The notes below the pieces were generated by a model. That model made no database searches. It saw nothing but the letters and a program-made list of their open reading frames with translations, and was not told where the DNA came from. Positions 55,598 to 64,000 of a stretch of 64,000 nt of DNA are shown piece by piece. The position numbers and the translations under genes are program-made. Each line of letters opens with the position of its first letter. Position 1 is the stretch's first letter. This DNA comes from Chitinophaga pinensis. GTDB lineage: Bacteria > Bacteroidota > Bacteroidia > UBA7662 > JAIXUI01. Location of the stretch: NCBI GenBank assembly GCA_943373175.1, contig CALSBM010000002.1:20260-84259 (forward strand), read 5' to 3'.

Positions 55598-58500
55598 ATG
55601 CGTAAGTTATTACTTTCTTTTCTTGCCTATATAGCCCTCTTAATTCCGGCTTTCTCCCAGCATATCCCTGATTCTAACCATGTTGTTTCTGCTTCTGCCG
55701 GTGACACTATTCGGTGGGTAGCCCCATACTTTCAATCCGGCGGACACCTTAGTCTTCGTCAGCAAGCATTAGTCACCCAACTTTTTGGCGACACGCTTAT
55801 TTGGGTTGTCCCACCCGGTTTGCAACAAGGAGGAATGCTTAAATGGCAAACAGCCCAAGGTTTTATCTACCCCATTACCCAGTTTTATCTTCGCTTTCGT
55901 TACCATCCCGTAAACGGGTTGCCAACTGGCTATTGGACTGGCGTTAACTCCGGAGTGCCAGACACCTTAATGCTTCCGTTCTTATCAGGTTGGCGTTCAT
56001 TAAGTTGGCCGCGAAGTGCTGGAAATGCGCCGCCAATTTCATCCATGGGTAGTCCAAATATTTGGGAGTTTAATGATACTGCACTCTGGATAGTTCATGA
56101 TACTACAGGAGGCAATTTTATTACCGGCCCTGTTGGTACACGAATTCGATTAACTGGAAACAAAGATATTCGTGTTGCTCAAGGCGACCATTTTCATTGG
56201 GAATACTTTCCTTCCGACACCTTCCTTATTGCACAAACTTCTTTCAGTAGCCTCCTCGTAACCAGTGCTAAACCCGTATTTTTCCAAGCATCCAAGTTGG
56301 TTACGTTTGGAAATTTCAAACTGAATATTCCATCGGTTCAACTTCCTGACACCATCATCTCGAATGGCAACAATGATTTAGAATTTAGCTCTTCTGGGGA
56401 CACCCTTATCCTCAAACATTTGATGCACGTTGGAAAAAGAAACCGACGGCTGAGCGGAAAATGGGTTATCAAGGAATCTCTTCAGGCTTATGATTCAACC
56501 ACTGCAACGGGAAGTATCACCTGGGCTGGAGATAGTACTTCCTTTCTGATTGGAAACTGCATGTTTGATCAACTAATTGTCAAAAGAGGGTGTACGCTGA
56601 AGTTAAACCAGCCCCTCAGACTTAAACGTTCCGGAAACAGTGGTTGGAAGCAATGGGTTATGGAAACTGGAAGTACCTTAGAAACGGATACAGCTACTAT
56701 TATTTTAGAGGGAAGTCCTTTGCTTTTCTCCCGTGGGGAGCTTCAAGCCAATGTTAAGTTGAAGCTAAAATCACGTTCTCTGAGGCAGTTTTGGCCTTCA
56801 GGAAGCCGGGTAAAGCTACTCCATCAAGGAAATATCCATCTCATTTTACCGGACTCCTCATCAGGCACACTTGATTGGCCCGATTCAACAAACAAACAAT
56901 TAAGCTCATTAATAATAGGTAGAAACAGTCGATGGGAGTTAGGCTCCGGGTTTTCAGGCACTCACATTGATTCACTGTGCCAAATCAACGAAAACGCCTC
57001 ATTGGTGTTAAACGACAACAGACTTCTGCATTTCCCTTCGCACAGCATGATTCGAGTAAACGGAAGGATTGAAACGCTGGGAAATGAGGGATTAGCTGGC
57101 TCACAATCCGGGCAATTACGGTGCAATATTCAAAACTTACTATTCTCGGATTCTGCACATGTCCTTTATGTCGGTGGTACGCAAACGGTTTCACCTTTAT
57201 CCAACTACCCACGTCTGACATTGGGGAATACTGGAGTGAAAACACTTGCTGGCAATATCTTGATAAATGGAGATTTAAGTATCCGAGGTAACTACACCCG
57301 TCTCGATGCTGACATCTATACGATAACGATAGGACGTAGTATGTATGTGAGCACAACTTCGGGAAATGGATTTACAGAAGGACAATCTGAATTAGTATTC
57401 ACTCACCCAAGAGCGGAACTTAAAGTGGAAGGGTTTCATCAATCGGAAACTGTAAATCGAGTACGGATAAAATCAGGTGGAAGCTTAAAGTTGCTGAGTG
57501 GACTTCAAATTAAAGGCAGTGGAAGGCTTACGTTAGAAAATGGAGCTATTTTGAATGCAGATACTCATGATTTAAGCGGAACAGGCCTTCTTCAGATGCT
57601 TCCGCAAAGCCAGTTGTGGCTTTCGAAAGTAGGTAGTGATCCGTTGCCTGGCTTAAGTGGAATCGCCGCCACTTATCAAATAGATTCAAGTGCCGCATTA
57701 ATACTTAATGGTTTAGGAAATCAAAAACTGAGAGGAGGCAGAGTATATGGAATTTTAAAATTTCAAGGAACAGGTGAAAAAACCCTTAGTAGCTCTCTCA
57801 CCATTCCTCCACAGCGGGTTGAAATAGGCACAGGGGTTCGTTTAAAGCAGGAAAGCTGGAAACTCGGAGGAGTTGCTACCAGTTTGAAATTAGATTCTCT
57901 GTCATACTTTGAACTTAATGGAAGTGGAATTCAACCCGATTGTGGGGGGCATTGGGAAATCAACCCATCGGCAACTGTTGGAATTTTTTCAGTTGGCGCT
58001 GCAGCAACAATTCTTCGAAAGGGGAAAACCTATCCGAATTTGAATTTTGGAACTGGCAAAGTACAAACTAACAAACGGGACACCCTGCTTTTGCTTCCCG
58101 GCTGTACCCTATTGGTGGATAGTGGCTGCAACTGGTCCATTGAAGATTCAAGTTCACTAATTTCGAATGCCTCACCACTTTCATTAGACGTATCGGGAGC
58201 CGTCACTTGCAGTCATTCTGGCGGCCTAAAAGGGTTTTTTCAGCCTATGCTGGGAGCTCCTACTATTACCCTTTCGAGCGGAAGCCGAATTCAATACTTA
58301 TTCCCTTCAGGTCAACAACAAATCGATTCCCTGAACTTTCATCACCTCAGTTTTTCTGGAAATGGATACAAGCAAATTCCTTCGAAACTAACCGTAAAGG
58401 GAAATATTGAGTTCCCCAACGCCTTTTACAGCATCCCAGACACGATAATGCTTATCGGTCAAGACACGCAAACCGTGCGAATTCCGCTCGTTCAAAACAT

Positions 58501-59926
58501 GTTGGTTCAAGGAAAAGTGAAGCAATTCAACAACAACGTAATGGTGGGTGGAAGCGTGATAATGGAGGCAGGCAGTCAACTTCGGGGTGATGGCAATGAC
58601 ACTTTACGGTTAGGAAACAATGGAGCTTTTTGGACTTCAGATTCTCAATCCATAAAAATGCCCATTCAGGCTGTTTATCCTCATCCTTATCAAACATCTG
58701 GATGGAGGTTACTGGGTTTTCCTTGGTCGTTGCATACTCAAAAGTGGGGCAACAGGTTGAATGTGCTGGACACCCTTCAACCTAAAATCAGAGGGTTGGT
58801 ATCAAATTCTAGTAATGCTACTTGGCTGTCATTGGCTCAAAAAAGCAGAATCGAACAGAAAAGCACAGACAGCCTTAACCGAGCACCGCATGAAGCATGG
58901 TTGCTGCAATGTGGCCCTGCCGGATTACTGCAAAGTGCAAGAGACTCCATATTAATCAGTGGAACCAATCTTCCGGTATTCATTGAAAAGCCAGACACGA
59001 TGATAGGCTGGAAGACGCTTTCCAATCCATTTCTTCAACCAATTGCCTTAACGGACTCTTTACAATTTCATTCCACTGGCCTTTATTCGGGCATTTGGAG
59101 ATGGGGAGGATTAATAGCGCCGGGTTGGCTATATCAATCATCGTCAATTACACTTGCCGACAGCTTGTCGAACCCTAACCTATCGGTATTGGCTCCATTT
59201 CAAGCCGGCCTTGTTCACCGAAAGTCCCCGGGAATCATTCGATTTCAATCCGCTGAAAAACCTAACTCAACTCCAACAAGTACCCTTCTTCGGACTCAAA
59301 ACAAATACCAGCACCGCATCAAGTTGAGTATTCGGTTAGGGAAAAGAATCCGGCAAATGCTTGCGGTTCAAACTAAGCAAGGTTGGCTGAATGACACCAT
59401 TCCTTTACCACCCTTTCCAGAAGGTGATGCACTTTCTTTCGGTGCTTTGAACAATCCTGCTCAAGCACTTCTTTATCCAACCGTCTCGCAATCGCTTGTA
59501 ATTCCTTTGCACATCAAACCGATTTACTCCGATAGTTTAACGATAGAAATCGAAACAGAGCAACTGGAAACAGGCTGGCAGGTCTGGTTGTATGATTCGT
59601 TACTGCAGCAATTCTTTGCAGCCGGGCAAGCAATCCAAAAACGAAGTACTGCCGGAGCTAATCAACGATTTTCTTTACACCTTATCCGAGTCCCGGTCAA
59701 CAACAACGAAGCTCCAAATGAAAATCCGTTTAATTGGACAAACGGGCAACTTTGGTTAAAGGAGCATGTTGAATCATTTTCTGTATTCAATACAAATGGG
59801 CAACTAATCGAGTCTCAAATCAACTTGGATTCAGCGACTGCAATTCAGCTCCCGAATGGAATAGCTGGCATAGCTGTCATAAAAAAAGGCGGAAAACAGT
59901 GGATTTTCCCTGTTTTCCGCCCTTGA
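55598..59926 (+). CDS. Large exported protein (1442 aa) with beta-helix-like repeats and a probable degenerate T9SS CTD
   Basis: Signal peptide, repeated Y..LTL...G.KTL motifs, W..LSNPF...GIWRW region and C-terminal FSVFNTNGQL. Confidence 0.7.
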   Translation: MRKLLLSFLAYIALLIPAFSQHIPDSNHVVSASAGDTIRWVAPYFQSGGHLSLRQQALVTQLFGDTLIWVVPPGLQQGGMLKWQTAQGFIYPITQFYLRFRYHPVNGLPTGYWTGVNSGVPDTLMLPFLSGWRSLSWPRSAGNAPPISSMGSPNIWEFNDTALWIVHDTTGGNFITGPVGTRIRLTGNKDIRVAQGDHFHWEYFPSDTFLIAQTSFSSLLVTSAKPVFFQASKLVTFGNFKLNIPSVQLPDTIISNGNNDLEFSSSGDTLILKHLMHVGKRNRRLSGKWVIKESLQAYDSTTATGSITWAGDSTSFLIGNCMFDQLIVKRGCTLKLNQPLRLKRSGNSGWKQWVMETGSTLETDTATIILEGSPLLFSRGELQANVKLKLKSRSLRQFWPSGSRVKLLHQGNIHLILPDSSSGTLDWPDSTNKQLSSLIIGRNSRWELGSGFSGTHIDSLCQINENASLVLNDNRLLHFPSHSMIRVNGRIETLGNEGLAGSQSGQLRCNIQNLLFSDSAHVLYVGGTQTVSPLSNYPRLTLGNTGVKTLAGNILINGDLSIRGNYTRLDADIYTITIGRSMYVSTTSGNGFTEGQSELVFTHPRAELKVEGFHQSETVNRVRIKSGGSLKLLSGLQIKGSGRLTLENGAILNADTHDLSGTGLLQMLPQSQLWLSKVGSDPLPGLSGIAATYQIDSSAALILNGLGNQKLRGGRVYGILKFQGTGEKTLSSSLTIPPQRVEIGTGVRLKQESWKLGGVATSLKLDSLSYFELNGSGIQPDCGGHWEINPSATVGIFSVGAAATILRKGKTYPNLNFGTGKVQTNKRDTLLLLPGCTLLVDSGCNWSIEDSSSLISNASPLSLDVSGAVTCSHSGGLKGFFQPMLGAPTITLSSGSRIQYLFPSGQQQIDSLNFHHLSFSGNGYKQIPSKLTVKGNIEFPNAFYSIPDTIMLIGQDTQTVRIPLVQNMLVQGKVKQFNNNVMVGGSVIMEAGSQLRGDGNDTLRLGNNGAFWTSDSQSIKMPIQAVYPHPYQTSGWRLLGFPWSLHTQKWGNRLNVLDTLQPKIRGLVSNSSNATWLSLAQKSRIEQKSTDSLNRAPHEAWLLQCGPAGLLQSARDSILISGTNLPVFIEKPDTMIGWKTLSNPFLQPIALTDSLQFHSTGLYSGIWRWGGLIAPGWLYQSSSITLADSLSNPNLSVLAPFQAGLVHRKSPGIIRFQSAEKPNSTPTSTLLRTQNKYQHRIKLSIRLGKRIRQMLAVQTKQGWLNDTIPLPPFPEGDALSFGALNNPAQALLYPTVSQSLVIPLHIKPIYSDSLTIEIETEQLETGWQVWLYDSLLQQFFAAGQAIQKRSTAGANQRFSLHLIRVPVNNNEAPNENPFNWTNGQLWLKEHVESFSVFNTNGQLIESQINLDSATAIQLPNGIAGIAVIKKGGKQWIFPVFRP

Positions 59927-59943
59927 TTGAGCAATAATAAGCG

Positions 59944-61299
59944 TTACTGAGTTGGGCCGTTGTCCACGTTTGCCTCAATTGCAGACTGAATCGAAACTGG
60001 AACATTGGATAAGAAATCGTAACCAAGCAAGCTTTCGAGTGCATCAACACTAACACGGTACTGACCCCAGTTGGAAGGGTTTACTGATTGAGTGTTAGGA
60101 ACGTTAACTGCAATTACACGAGTTGAACTCGTTACACGGGCTGCATCGTTGGAACCTGTAGGAAGAACGATGATTACTTTCCATACTGAAGCAGGAACTG
60201 CGATGGTATTAGAAGAAATCCAGTTAGTAGTTCCACCATTCGATCCTGAACCGCCGTTTCCGCGTCCACCACAAACAATGTAAAGTTCATTACCAGCATT
60301 CATCAAGGTGCGGCAATACTCTTCTAACAATCTCCAGGTTTGCTGGTTGTTGGTTGGCGCTTGTGGAATAACGTTAGTCATGGTGAAAGTGACCTGATTC
60401 TCAGCAGAACTGAAATCACGGTCTTCTGAAGGACACATGTGGCCGCGGTCGAAACCAGAGTTGGTATAATTACCGGTTGTAACTCTATTCCAACCTGTTG
60501 GAAGAGTATTATCAGAAGTAAATGAAGTAGAACGAGGAGCGTTACCTTTCCAAACTGGACTTAAGTGCCAGCTAACCCAGTTTGGGATATTTCTTGAGCG
60601 GTTGTAGGAAAGACTATACATCTGCTTATCCATGAGATAGTTATTCGCATTTGATATAGCATTGGTTGCACCGCTTGGATTTCCCATTCCAAGGTTGTTG
60701 TCACGTGTTGGAGTGGTGCTTCCTGAGTTACTTGTCACCTGAACATTGTCGATATTAATTCTTGCTGAGCCACCGCTGACTTTGCGAATTTGAAAGCGAA
60801 CATTTCCGGTAACATTAAGAGAAAAGTTGGAAGTGGTGAGTGAAGTTCCTACAACAGAAACTGTATTCCCAACCTTAGTCCAAGAGCTGCCGCTATTGGA
60901 TGAAGACCAAAGTTCGTAGGAAGAACTTGCATCGCTTCCGTAAACTGCCGACTGAATGCTAATGGCAGAAGCTCCATTCGTCAAGTTGAAATTCATGGTG
61001 ATAGTACCGGAGTTCACCATTCTTGCCGAGGCCAATCCGGATTTTCGATCAGAAGCTGAAGTTCCAATCAAGGCATCAGCTAAGGTCCAACTTCCTGAAG
61101 CTAAAGACACTGAAGCCGAAGCATAAGACGTTTTAGTTCCTGATTCAAACCCTTCTGTTAACGATAAACTCGCAGTTCTTGAATCAGGATCTGGAATTTC
61201 TTGATCATTATTTGTTACTGGTGCGAAAATTTCAGCCTTTTGGCAGGAAATAAATACCAGCAAAGAGAGGCTTAGAGCAAAAAGATACAATTTTCTCAT
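59944..61299 (-). CDS. DNA/RNA non-specific endonuclease (NucA family) lipoprotein
   Basis: Lipobox FISC, N-terminal beta-rich domain, PNWVSWHL, FDRGHMCPS and NNQQTW. Confidence 0.92.
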   Translation of the reverse strand: MRKLYLFALSLSLLVFISCQKAEIFAPVTNNDQEIPDPDSRTASLSLTEGFESGTKTSYASASVSLASGSWTLADALIGTSASDRKSGLASARMVNSGTITMNFNLTNGASAISIQSAVYGSDASSSYELWSSSNSGSSWTKVGNTVSVVGTSLTTSNFSLNVTGNVRFQIRKVSGGSARINIDNVQVTSNSGSTTPTRDNNLGMGNPSGATNAISNANNYLMDKQMYSLSYNRSRNIPNWVSWHLSPVWKGNAPRSTSFTSDNTLPTGWNRVTTGNYTNSGFDRGHMCPSEDRDFSSAENQVTFTMTNVIPQAPTNNQQTWRLLEEYCRTLMNAGNELYIVCGGRGNGGSGSNGGTTNWISSNTIAVPASVWKVIIVLPTGSNDAARVTSSTRVIAVNVPNTQSVNPSNWGQYRVSVDALESLLGYDFLSNVPVSIQSAIEANVDNGPTQ

Positions 61300-61303
61300 G
61301 TTG

Positions 61304-61311
61304 CAAATCTA
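61304..61311 (-). promoter_or_regulatory. Promoter -7 element (TAGATTTG) for the nuclease
   Basis: TAnnTTTG(C) on the minus strand, 4 nt before the ATG. Confidence 0.6.
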
Positions 61312-61399
61312 TAAGAAATTTGTAAACATGGGAAAACACTAAGAAGATTTACCGGTTTAATCATCAACGCTTTACCTCGCAATAATCTTAGCCATCCAA

Positions 61400-62044
61400 A
61401 TGATGAATCCTAAACTTCGGATTGAAATCTGGTCCGACATTGTTTGTCCATTTTGCTACATCGGGCTGCAACAGCTCAATTCAGCATTGAAGCAATTACC
61501 TAAAGACACTGTATATGAGATAACTTGGAAGGGATTCCTTCTCAACCCAAACCTGCAAACTGTGCCAGGGGAAACCCTCGCCAACCACCTGGCTCGCACC
61601 AAGAACCAAAGCCTTGAATGGGCTACTGATGCTATGGAGCAAGCTACTAAAATGGCTGCTCAGGAAGGGTTGCAATTTAATTTAGAAAATGCTGTACCTG
61701 CCAATTCCATCTATGGGCACCAGCTTCTAAAATATGCAAGGCAAAATGGAAATGCTACTGAAGTGTATTCCCTGCTATTTCAAGCCTATTTTACGGATGG
61801 GAAAAAAATTGATAATTCCTTAGTCCTGAAATCGATAGCAGAAAAAAGCAATTTGTCGTGGGAGGATTTCGAAAATTCTCGTGAAAGCTTACAAGAGGAA
61901 CTGGAAAACGATTTCCAAGAAGCACGCATTCTTGGAATACAAGGAGTGCCCATGATGGTAATAAACCGAAAGTGGGGAATCTCAGGAGCCCGCGGCTCTC
62001 AACTAATGCTAAAAGCCTTTCTTCAGGCTATCGAAGAAAATTAG
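61400..62044 (+). CDS. DsbA family (FrnE-like) oxidoreductase
   Basis: IEIWSDIVCPFCYIG and GIQGVP. Confidence 0.9.
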   Translation: MMNPKLRIEIWSDIVCPFCYIGLQQLNSALKQLPKDTVYEITWKGFLLNPNLQTVPGETLANHLARTKNQSLEWATDAMEQATKMAAQEGLQFNLENAVPANSIYGHQLLKYARQNGNATEVYSLLFQAYFTDGKKIDNSLVLKSIAEKSNLSWEDFENSRESLQEELENDFQEARILGIQGVPMMVINRKWGISGARGSQLMLKAFLQAIEEN

Positions 62045-62047
62045 CGC

Positions 62048-62542
62048 TTACTTCAGATAAACCTGGCCTTCGTCCATCCGAAGTTCAATATGTTCTTGTA
62101 ACGTGGTGGATAACGATAATCCTACAAAATCAGGACTAACAGGAAATTTTTTGTGTGCACGGTCAACCAAAACTGCAATATGTAATTGCTGTATCAGTAC
62201 ACCCATAAAAGGCTTAAGTGCATACATCAGCGTTTGGCCTGAATTGGCGACATCGTCAACGAGAACTAAGGGTAAATGTTGCCAGTGTTCCGGTTCATGC
62301 GATAAGGTAATATCGTCATGAACCGGATTTCGTTTATTAATGCGGATAAAGCCAACTTCTACCTCAAGGTCTGAAATAGATCTTAGCTTTTCTGCTAGCA
62401 TTTCTGCTAACTGAAAGCCCCGATTTTTAATCCCAAAGAGGAAGATTTTCTTCTCAGAAGCATGTTTCTCAAAAATTTGCCACGCTAAGCGAAGTATCTT
62501 CTGCTCTACTTTTTGCGCATCTAAAATCAGGGTAGCTGACAT
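62048..62542 (-). CDS. Phosphoribosyltransferase family protein (PyrR-like)
   Basis: LVLVDDVANSGQT PRPP-binding loop and DRAHKKFPVSPDFVG. Confidence 0.85.
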   Translation of the reverse strand: MSATLILDAQKVEQKILRLAWQIFEKHASEKKIFLFGIKNRGFQLAEMLAEKLRSISDLEVEVGFIRINKRNPVHDDITLSHEPEHWQHLPLVLVDDVANSGQTLMYALKPFMGVLIQQLHIAVLVDRAHKKFPVSPDFVGLSLSTTLQEHIELRMDEGQVYLK

Positions 62543-62551
62543 AATTCCGAA

Positions 62552-63592
62552 TTATCGAATCAGTTGATCGTTCATTTCTTTAAGGGATAGCTCCCACTTC
62601 CAGGAAGAGTCCATCATTTCGTCGAGAGTACGCTGCGGAATCCAGCCCAACACTTCCTTAGCGCGGGTATTATCTGCATAGATGGCAACAACATCTCCAT
62701 CGCGCCTTGGGCCGATTTCGTAATTCAGTGCTACACCTGAAACTTTCAGGAACGACTGAACGGCCTCCTTCACCGTAACTCCGTTACCTGTACCCAGGTT
62801 GAAGACTTCAAGTTGTGAAGTGTAACGCTTATTTAACATAAATTCCAAAGCCTGAGTATGCGCTGAGGCAATGTCGCAGACATGAATAAAATCGCGAATA
62901 CAACTGCCGTCTCTGGTGGGATAATCGCCTCCGAAAATGGTTAGCTTCTCCCGTAACCCAATGGCTGTCTGAGTGATATACGGAACTAAATAAGAAGGAA
63001 CACCAATAGGCAACTCCCCGATACGAATCGAAGGATGAGCGCCTACCGGATTGAAATAACGAAGCGAAACCACATGAGTGGAAGAAGCATTAACATAATC
63101 TTTCAGGATATCTTCGCCCATTCGTTTAGTTCTCCCATAGGGCGATTCCGGCTCAGGCAGTGGGGTGTTTTCGGTAACAGGCAATTCGGGTGGGTTGCCA
63201 TAAACTGTACAAGAAGAAGAAAAAACTAAGTAGGGAATCGAAAACTCATCGCATGCCCTAAGCACATTATTGAGCCCAATAAGGTTGTTGTCGAAGTATT
63301 TCAATGGATTTTTAACTGATTCAGCAACACTTTTGAAAGCAGCGAAGTGAATAACTCCGTCTATGGCCTTACATCGACTGAGCAACTCTGAAAGTTGGTT
63401 GTAATCCCTTAAGTCAACTTCATGGTGTTCAAAACGTTCTCTTCCTATTAACTCAACAATTCGGTCTTCAATCCAAGGGTAGGAATTGGAATAGTTATCT
63501 AAGCTGATGACTTCATGCCCGGCTTCTACCAAATCAACGACAGTATGAGAACCAATAAATCCACAACCACCGGTAACCAGAATTCTGGCCAT
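62552..63592 (-). CDS. galE: UDP-glucose 4-epimerase
   Basis: TGGCGFIGSHT, HFAAFKSVAES, SSSCTVYG, YGRTK, LRYFNP, RDFIHV. Confidence 0.96.
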   Translation of the reverse strand: MARILVTGGCGFIGSHTVVDLVEAGHEVISLDNYSNSYPWIEDRIVELIGRERFEHHEVDLRDYNQLSELLSRCKAIDGVIHFAAFKSVAESVKNPLKYFDNNLIGLNNVLRACDEFSIPYLVFSSSCTVYGNPPELPVTENTPLPEPESPYGRTKRMGEDILKDYVNASSTHVVSLRYFNPVGAHPSIRIGELPIGVPSYLVPYITQTAIGLREKLTIFGGDYPTRDGSCIRDFIHVCDIASAHTQALEFMLNKRYTSQLEVFNLGTGNGVTVKEAVQSFLKVSGVALNYEIGPRRDGDVVAIYADNTRAKEVLGWIPQRTLDEMMDSSWKWELSLKEMNDQLIR

Positions 63593-63999
63593 TATCGTTT
63601 AATTTGATTCATAAGGTACTGTCCATAACCGCTTTTCATCAGCGGTTCAGCCAAAGCTGCTAATTGCTCTGTATTGATGAAGCCCATATTCCAGGCAATT
63701 TCTTCGATGCAACCAATCTTCAGGCCCTGGCGCTCTTCGATAACACGAACAAACTCTCCGGCTTGCATCAAGGAAGGTACAGTTCCGGTATCCAACCAAG
63801 CAGTACCACGACTAAGAATGCCCACTTTCAACTTACCTCTTTCAAGATAATGTTTATTGACATCGGTGATTTCGTATTCTCCGCGAGCCGATGGCTGTAG
63901 ATTTTTTGCGATTTCTACCACCTCATTATCATAGAAATACAACCCAGGAACAGCGTAATTCGATTTAGGCTTTAAGGGCTTCTCTTCGATTAAAATAGC
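63592..63999 (-). CDS. rfbA: Glucose-1-phosphate thymidylyltransferase, 3' part (5' end outside the window)
   Basis: The frame extends to the window edge and reads [20 protein letters not shown]...[10 protein letters not shown]...WLDTGT...[11 protein letters not shown]. Confidence 0.95.
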   Translation of the reverse strand, partial: AILIEEKPLKPKSNYAVPGLYFYDNEVVEIAKNLQPSARGEYEITDVNKHYLERGKLKVGILSRGTAWLDTGTVPSLMQAGEFVRVIEERQGLKIGCIEEIAWNMGFINTEQLAALAEPLMKSGYGQYLMNQIKR

Positions 64000-64000
64000 C

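Noticed and set aside
222-64000. The many 60-130 aa ORFs nested in or antisense to long genes (for example 4996-5340, 36413-36679, 38284-38619, 39770-40159, 43408-43839)
   Set aside because: They overlap well-supported genes, show no recognisable motifs and are expected shadows.
1-64000. CRISPR array, tRNA/rRNA/tmRNA, IS element, integrase or prophage
   Set aside because: I saw no regularly spaced repeats, RNA-gene signatures or mobile-element proteins. A short RNA gene could have been missed without a covariance search.

Overview
This is a 64-kb chromosomal segment from a Bacteroidota bacterium. The assignment rests on T9SS C-terminal sorting domains, TAnnTTTG promoter elements and Bacteroidota-type ribosomal proteins. 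Left third (0.2-21.8 kb): three giant T9SS cargo genes in one apparent operon. Two are type-A-CTD paralogs built from lamin-tail-like, GEVED, CARDB and Ig-like modules; the third is a 3331-aa type-B-CTD protein with about 15 paired FnIII-like repeats. Next come a stand-alone dnaE2 with a structured-looking upstream region, rpsF-rpsR-rplI, an ankyrin protein, a DEAD-box helicase and a ~630-bp AT-rich non-coding gap, near which gene orientation flips from all-plus to mostly-minus. The right part holds an unusual four-gene polysaccharide module (stand-alone receiver, pseudo-receiver-fused phosphoglycosyltransferase, half-length TolC, Wzc-like pseudokinase) and housekeeping genes (pdhB, thrS-infC-rpmI-rplT, prfA, galE, rfbA). 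It also carries a putative metal locus headed by a Cys/His-rich RGPP-motif ORF, a two-component system beside secreted proteins, and a NucA-type nuclease. I saw no rRNA, tRNA, CRISPR array, transposase, integrase or phage gene. The best candidates for undescribed systems are the RGPP leader-ORF metal locus (45.4-47.2 kb) and the REC/pseudo-REC-PGT/half-TolC/Wzc module (29.9-34.5 kb). All calls are by eye from motifs; no database search or folding program was run.
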